Assembly: GCA_003551705.1 (NCBI GenBank)
Contig: PUNJ01000117.1
Location: 8,041 to 72,040, forward strand
Length of the DNA: 64,000 nucleotides
Direction: 5' to 3'
Origin: Chloroflexota bacterium
Lineage (GTDB): Bacteria > Chloroflexota > Dehalococcoidia > UBA2247 > RBG-13-53-26
Below the pieces are notes generated by a model, which saw only the letters and a program-made list of their open reading frames with translations, did not search any database and was not told the DNA's origin. Every line of letters starts with the position of its first letter. Position 1 is the first letter of the stretch. This document shows, piece after piece, positions 57,387 through 64,000 of the stretch. Position numbers and translations under genes: made by a program.

Positions 57387-57725
57387 TCAGCGTTCGATGG
57401 TGAAGTCTGAGTACCTGCCTGAGTATTCTTCCCAGGAGACGGAGACTCGCTCGACCCGGGCTGCCGAAGGCCCATGGTGAAGGTGCGTAACAAGCTCTTC
57501 CAGATTGTGACGATCGCCCTCTGCTTGCACCTCCACAGCCTCGGTATGGCGAACGTTTCTCACAAACCCTGTTAACCCCAAGCTCCTTGCCCGGCTTCGT
57601 ACGAAAGCCCGGAAATTCACACCCTGCACAATGCCATATACAACTGCACGAAGCGAAGCTTTGTTCGAAGGTTTGTCCTGCACAAATACAACCTTTAAAC
57701 GGACCGGACCCGATCGAGCCGGCAC
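57387..57725 (-). CDS. acyP: acylphosphatase
   Basis: VYGIVQGVNFRAF signature; start uncertain. Confidence 0.65.
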   Translation of the reverse strand: MPARSGPVRLKVVFVQDKPSNKASLRAVVYGIVQGVNFRAFVRSRARSLGLTGFVRNVRHTEAVEVQAEGDRHNLEELVTHLHHGPSAARVERVSVSWEEYSGRYSDFTIER

Positions 57726-58540
57726 AGGCCCTGATCCTGAGCCAACTTCACAGCTTCAAGGTATTCCTGCCGGCTGGTAGGCCGGTTGATGATGGGCATT
57801 TCATACGCCTTATAGGCAGGCCGGTACTGGGCCATGATATTCAAGTAAGTGTCAGGTGATACTTCCTCATAGATAAACTTGGCAATATCACTGGTGCCAG
57901 CCAGTCCACCGGGCAGGACCAGATGCCTTATCAGCAAGCCCCTTCGCGCTACTCCGTCAGCGTCTATCCGCAAGTCGCCAACTTGCCGGTGCATTTCCTT
58001 CACCGCTATCCGATTAATGCGTGGATAGTCAGCTACGCCGGAATACCGTTGCGCAGTATCCGCATCCGCATACTTCATGTCCGGCATGTATATGTCAACG
58101 ATACCGTCAAGCAGTCGTAATGTTTCACCACAATCGTAGCCGCCACTGTTATAAACCAGAGGCAATGAAAGCCCACGGTCCAAAGCGATGCCGACCGCTT
58201 CCAGAACCTGCGGTACAACATGCGTTGGACTGACCAGGTTGATGTTGTGGCAGCCAGCCTTCTGCAATTCCAACATCATTGCCGACAAAGCATCAGCAGA
58301 TACCTCCCTGCCCTCACCCAACTGACTGATGGCATAGTTCTGACAATAAGAGCAGGCCAGATTGCAGTAGGTAAAGAAGATGGTCCCCGATCCCTGGCGC
58401 CCAACCAGAGGCGCCTCTTCGCCAAAGTGGGGTCCATAGCTGGCCACGATTGCATTTCTGCCCGTGCAACACCGTCCCTTCTCCCCACGCAAACGGTTAA
58501 CGTGGCACTCATTGGGACAGACTGTGCAGTCTTCGAGCAT
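57695..58540 (-). CDS. radical SAM protein, PflX/COG1313-like (putative glycyl-radical-enzyme activase homologue)
   Basis: ORF 57695..58630; likely start ATG 58540 (MLEDCTVCPNECHVNRLRGEKGRC); radical SAM CNLACSYCQN. Confidence 0.7.
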   Translation of the reverse strand: MLEDCTVCPNECHVNRLRGEKGRCCTGRNAIVASYGPHFGEEAPLVGRQGSGTIFFTYCNLACSYCQNYAISQLGEGREVSADALSAMMLELQKAGCHNINLVSPTHVVPQVLEAVGIALDRGLSLPLVYNSGGYDCGETLRLLDGIVDIYMPDMKYADADTAQRYSGVADYPRINRIAVKEMHRQVGDLRIDADGVARRGLLIRHLVLPGGLAGTSDIAKFIYEEVSPDTYLNIMAQYRPAYKAYEMPIINRPTSRQEYLEAVKLAQDQGLCRLDRVRSV

Positions 58541-58669
58541 TGCAAATGCCTGGTCCAAACGCGATGATACAAGGCTTCGTTTATGGGGATTCACACCGGC
58601 CTCCCTGTCAGACCCATCGGAGTCTCTCAATATTCCGATTCTAGATTATGATGGAAGCCCGGTCAATTG

Positions 58670-59719
58670 CTAAGACATTATGGCCCGCAGGGTATCTCTC
58701 AGGATGTAGTTGTTCTCAATCTGCGCTATCTCGGTCTGGCCCAGCGTCTTCCGGACAATTATCATTTCCCTGGGACGCACGTAATTGGCCATATACGGAG
58801 AATGGGTGGAGAAGATAATCTGACGGTTGGACCGCCTGAAGATGTCAACAATCAGATAGAGCAGGCGGGGATGTACCGAGTTTTCCGGTTCCTCCAGGCA
58901 CATGACGCCATTACCAGGCAAGGTAGCCGCAGTTATGTAGGCCAGGAACTTCAGGGTGCCATCCGACAGATGACTGCAATCGAAGTCCCTCTCGAAGCCC
59001 TGCTCCCTGACCGATAGAAGAGCCTTGCCATCCGACGTTAATGGAGTAAGGATATTCTCGACCTCAGGAATGCCCTGTCGCAGATAGTCCTCAATGCTAT
59101 CGAAGATCTCTGGAGTAGCATTTCGCAGTGATAGAAGTACCTGGATGAGATTCTTCCCCGTTCTGTCCAGTTCGGAAGCACGTCGGGCCTCACTCCTGCC
59201 TTTGATTTCTTGTGTCGAAGCAAAATGGTACGTCTTCCACGATGCAAGATAGGACTGGAACTCGCTAATCGAATTATAACCTTCCTTCCTGCCGTATATC
59301 GACACAGCAGAGACAGAGCTTGGCACCTCGGCCGGCGTAACTGCACCGGAATCATCCAGAACGCTTGTATTGCCCGCTGAGCGTTCAATCAGGCATACTC
59401 CGTTGACATACAACTCCTCTTCCTTGATATCGCTTCCACTGCATGCCAGGGAATATGTGCACCTCTTCCCATCAAGTGCAGCATCGACCATGAACTTCAT
59501 GCATACGCTTTCACCGCCAAAAACAACACTACTGTAATCGCCCCTCGGCAGTAGCGCTTCCGGGATGGATTTGTGGCCGGACTCCGACAAGAAAAGGAAG
59601 GCGTCCATGATGTTGCTCTTCCCACTGTTGTTGGGTCCCACCAGGACATTGAGCTTGCCTAAGTCCAGACTCAAGTCCTTCAGACTCTTATAGTTTTTAA
59701 CTTCAAATTTTTGAATCAT
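58670..59719 (-). CDS. orphan AAA_21/ABC-type ATPase (SMC-head-like; Abi/OLD-type ATPase module)
   Basis: 349 aa; Walker A VGPNNSGKSN, Walker B/D-loop MCLEEPENSVHP, STHSP. GC by eye slightly below neighbours. No nuclease partner gene adjacent. Confidence 0.7.
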   Translation of the reverse strand: MIQKFEVKNYKSLKDLSLDLGKLNVLVGPNNSGKSNIMDAFLFLSESGHKSIPEALLPRGDYSSVVFGGESVCMKFMVDAALDGKRCTYSLACSGSDIKEEELYVNGVCLIERSAGNTSVLDDSGAVTPAEVPSSVSAVSIYGRKEGYNSISEFQSYLASWKTYHFASTQEIKGRSEARRASELDRTGKNLIQVLLSLRNATPEIFDSIEDYLRQGIPEVENILTPLTSDGKALLSVREQGFERDFDCSHLSDGTLKFLAYITAATLPGNGVMCLEEPENSVHPRLLYLIVDIFRRSNRQIIFSTHSPYMANYVRPREMIIVRKTLGQTEIAQIENNYILRDTLRAIMS

Positions 59720-59806
59720 CTTTCGTACCTCTTGGCCTGTTTAGACCAAAACCAGATATCACTTCCGGCCTGTTTCCCGCTCAACGAGCAGGCAGTGATG
59801 CCGACA

Positions 59807-60922
59807 CTAGCTTTTGCGGTCCATGATAAAGAAGGCCATATTGACCAGCGACCTGTGGACGGCATTTTGAGGGAAGTCCGCCAAGGCCAAGCAGGCTTCA
59901 TTACAGAAACTGCGGGCAATGGCGCGGCATTCACTCATAATATTTGTCTCTGAAGCCATCTCAATCATCAGAGCGCATCCTTGCTCCCTGTCTCCCGCTA
60001 TCATCTCGGCAAGCCACGCATTCTCCGGGCGCTCCAATAACAGGATGCCAGGCAGGCTCATACTGTCCTTGGCCAGGTCGCCCTCAAAGTCAAGCATATC
60101 GTCCACAATCTGAAAGGCAATGCCAACATTGTGCCCGTATCTTCGGACGGATTCTACGGCTTCTTCAGGTGCGCCGCTCAAGATGGCTCCCGTCTGTGCC
60201 GACGATGAGAACAGGGATGCCGTCTTGTTACCAATCCTTCTGAAATAGTCCTCTTTGGTCATGTTGAAACGATGCAGCGATTCTTCGATTGCTCCGCTAC
60301 ACAACCTCATGATAGTCTGGGCAAGTATCTCCATGGCCTGGATATTTCGTACGCTCGGTACTTCATGTCCGGACGCTATCCACTTCTTGCCCAGTTCAGC
60401 CACCAGGCTCGCAGACGCCGCGCATAGATAGTCACCCAGAAGCACCGCATTTGTATCACCCCAGAGACTGTTTGCCGTGAGGCGGCCCCGGCGCAACAGA
60501 GACTTGTCCACGGTATCATCGTGCAGAAGTGTGGCTGTATGAAGCAATTCCACGGATGTAGCCATGGGTATCAGGAGGTCCAAGTTATAATCAAAAAACT
60601 TGCCGCATAACAGGGTAATGGCCGGCCTGATTCGCTTGCCCCCATTCTTGAGTACATGTCTTAACTGCTGCTCTATCTCCCCCGGTCCAGATGCAATAAC
60701 TCTATCCAGGTAAGCCTCCAGCTCTGCCAGTTCATCAACAACGGGTTGGTAAATAGTCTCCAGGTCTAACACAGCGTCCTCTGGAACTGTCGCAATACCA
60801 TCCATCGGGTCGGGCAAACTCATGCATAACTCCCCATCGTCGGAAGTGGCTTTCGCCGGCCATACGGGATCCGCCCCCATCTGTGTTGGCAATCTTCCCT
60901 CAAGTATTGTTCTATTTTCCAC
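59807..60922 (-). CDS. trans-polyprenyl diphosphate synthase (hepta/octaprenyl type, menaquinone side chain)
   Basis: 371-aa ORF (start may be internal, e.g. MSLPDPMDG); LLHDDTVD and FQIVDDMLD aspartate-rich motifs. Confidence 0.85.
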   Translation of the reverse strand: MENRTILEGRLPTQMGADPVWPAKATSDDGELCMSLPDPMDGIATVPEDAVLDLETIYQPVVDELAELEAYLDRVIASGPGEIEQQLRHVLKNGGKRIRPAITLLCGKFFDYNLDLLIPMATSVELLHTATLLHDDTVDKSLLRRGRLTANSLWGDTNAVLLGDYLCAASASLVAELGKKWIASGHEVPSVRNIQAMEILAQTIMRLCSGAIEESLHRFNMTKEDYFRRIGNKTASLFSSSAQTGAILSGAPEEAVESVRRYGHNVGIAFQIVDDMLDFEGDLAKDSMSLPGILLLERPENAWLAEMIAGDREQGCALMIEMASETNIMSECRAIARSFCNEACLALADFPQNAVHRSLVNMAFFIMDRKS

Positions 60923-60955
60923 TTCACACCCCCCAGAAGAGTACTTGCTGGCTTC

Positions 60956-61963
60956 TTACTTGAAACGCAGCAGCCTGAGTAGTCTGTCGATCAGATCTCC
61001 AGCTTTCTTTCCCAATCCACGATACGATCTCTTAGTTCTTGTATCCTCTTCCCTGGCAACCATATCAGTTTTGTGAAAGAACCATACCTTGCCTGCTTTG
61101 TAGAAACGACTGGCCATCAAGACCGGGAGGGCAACCGCAGCAAAAAGCGGTATGAAGGGAACCGCCAAGGCAAGCCCCGCCACGGCTAGAACAAGAATGA
61201 ACGGGAGCATTAAGAGGAGGAAGTTGCGCCGCACGAAATCCGCATAGCTGCTTCCCAAACCTTTCAGCCATATAAAAACACGTCTCAAGCCAAGACGAAA
61301 ACGCAACCATGCAGTAGACAAATATTGCCACCGTCTTCTTGTGAATTCCCGCAATTGGACGGAAAATGAAGGAGCGGCTTCACCTTCTTCCTCTTCAAGG
61401 TACTCCTCCGGTTCCGGTTCCGGTTCCGGTTCCGGTTCGGGAGGGACCGCAACCATTTTTTCCGATTCTCGTCTCCTCTCGATTCTCCTATCGACTTGGT
61501 CGGGAATCTGCTTCCAGAGCATCCCCCATATCCAGGGAAAGACGCCAAACAGCCGCCAGAAAGCACGTGTATATAGCCGCCAGAAGACGCGGCTGTATTT
61601 CACTATCCAGACGATAGCAGCAAGGCTGACGATAAAACCAAACACCAATAGCACTAGTCCGGCCATTGGGTTTGTGAACAGCAGGGTGAATGTAAGCACC
61701 AGGGGGGCCATCATGAGACCCAACGAATCCATTGGATCCATTACCAGGGCTGGAATGAAGGCCAGAAGAAAGAGGAAGAAGACGAGAGCACTTAAAGGCG
61801 CGAAATTCCGCCACTGTGCCGCCCATCTACCTATCGCCCTAGGTACAGGCCAAATACGCTTGGCAGACCATAGGAAAAGCGCGATTGCTACAAGCCCGAA
61901 CAACAGGATAACGGGCAACATGGCCGCAACGGCCACGACCAGCATCATGACTAGCGGGTCCAA
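60956..61963 (-). CDS. hypothetical polytopic membrane protein with internal (EP)n acidic linker
   Basis: 335 aa; several TM helices; PPEPEPEPEPEPEEYLEEEEGE linker; Arg-rich C-terminus. Confidence 0.5.
   Translation of the reverse strand: MDPLVMMLVVAVAAMLPVILLFGLVAIALFLWSAKRIWPVPRAIGRWAAQWRNFAPLSALVFFLFLLAFIPALVMDPMDSLGLMMAPLVLTFTLLFTNPMAGLVLLVFGFIVSLAAIVWIVKYSRVFWRLYTRAFWRLFGVFPWIWGMLWKQIPDQVDRRIERRRESEKMVAVPPEPEPEPEPEPEEYLEEEEGEAAPSFSVQLREFTRRRWQYLSTAWLRFRLGLRRVFIWLKGLGSSYADFVRRNFLLLMLPFILVLAVAGLALAVPFIPLFAAVALPVLMASRFYKAGKVWFFHKTDMVAREEDTRTKRSYRGLGKKAGDLIDRLLRLLRFK
61408..61437. repeat. hexanucleotide microsatellite (CCGGTT)x5, in-frame within the membrane-protein gene
   Basis: ccggttccggttccggttccggttccggtt read directly; encodes the EPEPEPEPEP run on the minus strand. 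Confidence 0.9.
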
Positions 61964-62074
61964 GTCGACTCCACTTCATCGAGTCCGAAAATAACTCCGT
62001 CTCTATTCTTTTCGTTAAGATGGAACATGGTCGTGTTTATCTTCATAAGGAGGCTGGCAGAGACATCCACTCCC

Positions 62075-62761
62075 CTAAGAAATGTAGGGAATTCCGAGCC
62101 TTCTTACCTCCCTTGCAAGCACCGTCAATTGGGTAAGCACAGCACCCATCAGGTCCCTGATGGCCTGGCCACTCTCGGCCAATCGATCACCGATTATGTC
62201 AAAAGTTAAAACGCCCCTCTGTATGATGAAATCGATATTCTCTACAAAGCTTCCGGGTTCCCGATCGGGTACCTCCACGCCGCCTGTTCGTAAAACAAAC
62301 CCATAGGGCTTTCCCAGACGACTGTCCAGCGGGACCAGCAGCCGTCCTTGACAAGCCACGTAATCAGTCTCCGCGAGCCAGAACCCCTCAATCTCCACGA
62401 TAGTATGCTTGGTACCTTCCGTGACCTGTCTAAGGTAAAACACTGACCTGGTCCTGGTTCCCCGCAGTTCCAAGTCAAATCTGTCTACTTTGCCAGGGAC
62501 CTCAAACTTCAGAATACCGCTAAGATTGAGGTCCGCTATCTCGGGAGCACCCGCCCTGGGCTGGGTGACTCCCTGTAAGGTCAGTGTCACGTTGGCTATT
62601 GTACCATAGGCAGGACACCAGCCCCAGCCCGAGAGTATGAGGGATGCCTCGCTCTCAGCAAATGCCACATCGGGTGTAACAAGAACCATGACTGACGGCA
62701 CCAAAAGCAAGAGGATCATCAAGAATAAAATGCCTGAAAGTTTCTTTCCGCTTCGTTCCAT
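62075..62761 (-). CDS. hypothetical secreted protein
   Basis: 228 aa with N-terminal signal peptide (ILFLMILLLLVPSVMVLVTPDVAFA); no recognisable domain. Confidence 0.45.
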   Translation of the reverse strand: MERSGKKLSGILFLMILLLLVPSVMVLVTPDVAFAESEASLILSGWGWCPAYGTIANVTLTLQGVTQPRAGAPEIADLNLSGILKFEVPGKVDRFDLELRGTRTRSVFYLRQVTEGTKHTIVEIEGFWLAETDYVACQGRLLVPLDSRLGKPYGFVLRTGGVEVPDREPGSFVENIDFIIQRGVLTFDIIGDRLAESGQAIRDLMGAVLTQLTVLAREVRRLGIPYIS

Positions 62762-63224
62762 GGCTCATTCCCAATAGCAAAAATAACCCTGACGTCCCTT
62801 TGGACGACAAGGCAATCCTATCAAGAAACTATTCACCACTTTTGCCAGGTGCGGTGAATGGCACCCTTGTTCCTGTTCTGCTGGAACCCTTTTATTCTAC
62901 GCCGGGGGGTTGGCCATGGCCACTCGGCACATGCCTCCGAATGAACCCTGGCCGATTTAGCATGCCCGAATGCAAGAGACGGGGTGAATTCCGATCCGGG
63001 TTAACAGTCAAGTGAAACCTATGCTTGAGTCCGGCCAATGTTATCCTTGCAGAATCCTACCCGTTTGTTAATTACCCTTTGCCTTGAGATACCATACGCA
63101 GCCCTCGCTTGTCAAGAGAGTAACGATTTTTTAATTAGCAGTCGTTCATGCAAAACTTGATTTGCGGTGCTTGTGCATGGGTGAAGATTATTTCTCATGA
63201 CAGCCCTTCCTTGCACACCTCATA

Positions 63225-63266
63225 CCGGAGGAACCTTGTACCTGTTTCTTCCGGTCTCCTTTAATT
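63225..63266 (+). terminator. terminator-like hairpin in the long leader upstream of leuS (possible attenuator)
   Basis: CCGGAGGAA-12 nt loop-UUCUUCCGG (9 bp with one G-U) followed by UCUCCUUUAAUU, 34 nt before the leuS ATG. Confidence 0.3.
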
Positions 63267-63299
63267 CGTTCGCACTTTTTGGTAAACTACACGTGAACA

Positions 63300-64000
63300 T
63301 GGTGCCGAAATATAACCCCTCAGAGACAGAGACAAGATGGCAGGACCGGTGGTCCGCTGACCGTCTCTACCAGGTAACCGAGGAAAGCACCTCTCCCAAA
63401 TGGTACGAGTTGACCATGTTTCCGTATACTTCCGGAGACCTTCACATCGGTCACTGGTATGCCATGGCACCTTCCGACGTTCATGCTCGTTTTCGACGCA
63501 TGCAGGGATATAACGTCCTTTACCCCATGGGTTTCGACGCCTTTGGCCTCCCCGCAGAGAATGCCGCCATAAGGCACAGCATTCATCCCTTCATATGGAC
63601 CATGCAGAATGTCGAAAACATGCGTAGCCAGCTCAAGAGAATGGGCTCGTGTTATGACTGGAGCCGAGAGATTATCACCTGCCTGCCCGAGTACTACAAA
63701 TGGACCCAGTGGCTGTTTCTGAAGCTGTACCACGGCGGCCTGGCCTACCGGGCCAAGGCTCCCGTCAACTGGTGCCCGCTTTGCCAGACGGTCCTAGCCA
63801 ACGAACAGGTGATTGCCGAAGGCATATGTGAACGCTGCGAGACTCCCGTGATAAAGAAAGATATCGAGCAGTGGTTTTTCCGGATAACACGTTATGCTGA
63901 TGAATTGCTCGACTATTCAAAAATCCAATGGCCGGAACGGATCAAGGCCATGCAAACAAACTGGATCGGCCGTAGCGAGGGAGTCGAAGTCGGCTTTGGT
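63300..64000 (+). CDS. leuS: leucyl-tRNA synthetase (N-terminal part, continues beyond the window)
   Basis: [25 protein letters not shown]...[21 protein letters not shown] (HIGH motif), CP1 zinc-knuckle CPLCQT...CERCET. Confidence 0.9.

Noticed and set aside
62762-63299. T-box riboswitch or Leu leader-peptide attenuator for leuS
   Set aside because: No AGAGA distal loop, no T-box consensus sequence, no specifier-loop context, and the 39-codon uORF has only 5 Leu. Only the terminator-like hairpin is reported.
1-64000. Mobile elements, CRISPR arrays, tRNA/rRNA genes
   Set aside because: No transposase, integrase or recombinase-like ORFs, no direct-repeat/spacer arrays, and no tRNA T-arm or rRNA-like stretches were seen in any intergenic region. 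The largest non-coding stretches (27872..28206, 55076..55453, 62762..63299) do not contain them.

Overview
This 64 kb window is a gene-dense (~90% coding) stretch of a bacterial chromosome at about 55% GC, and RecA/RecX, UvrD, LeuS and NadE are all of bacterial type. The host looks like a strict anaerobe with several archaeal-type enzymes: a GlmS ending in VTVK, a TASHNP phosphoglucosamine mutase, Thi4, and the methanogen-type homocysteine system. No rRNA, tRNA, CRISPR array, transposase or integrase was seen.

Gene order:
1. **alpha-glucan operon** (minus strand): glgP, glgE, treS-pep2 fusion, malQ, glgB. This is the GlgE pathway plus a phosphorylase and amylomaltase.
2. **UDP-GlcNAc operon**: archaeal-like glmM, glmU-like, glmS.
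3. **Methylmalonyl-CoA (propionate/succinate) pathway cluster**: split methylmalonyl-CoA mutase, epimerase, sucCD, a soluble SDH/FRD-like flavoprotein plus Fe-S subunit with LutA/LutB (HdrD-like) partners, a ferredoxin, an acyl-CoA dehydrogenase, and the fumarase beta subunit.
4. **HAD hydrolase**, divergent from speH-speE.
5. **Sulfur-assimilation supercluster**: an Rrf2 regulator, cysK, sulfide-type thi4, cysE, the three-gene sulfide-dependent homocysteine system (COG1900 / NIL-ferredoxin / COG2122), a cysteine desulfurase, a MOSC protein, an orphan fdhD, and nadA.
6. **uvrD**, a hypothetical protein, a 752-aa repeat-rich surface protein, a degenerate MGMT-fold protein, and nadE.
7. **Heterodisulfide-reductase operon**: hdrC, hdrB, a 1477-aa HdrL-type giant HdrA fusion, mvhD and a metV-like gene.
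8. **recA-recX**, an acetogen-type metF, menA, an acylphosphatase, a PflX-like radical SAM protein, an orphan AAA_21 ATPase, a polyprenyl synthase, two membrane/secreted hypotheticals, and the start of leuS.

The most notable single observation is an in-frame TGA inside mvhD. It sits exactly at the conserved Cys of the MvhD 'VAGC-x-GDCHY' motif and is followed by a hairpin, so it is best read as a selenocysteine codon. Other points of interest are the HdrL architecture, the bacterial copy of the methanogen homocysteine pathway next to an IscS-MOSC-FdhD relay, and a structured, terminator-ended ~250-nt region directly upstream of the mutase operon.
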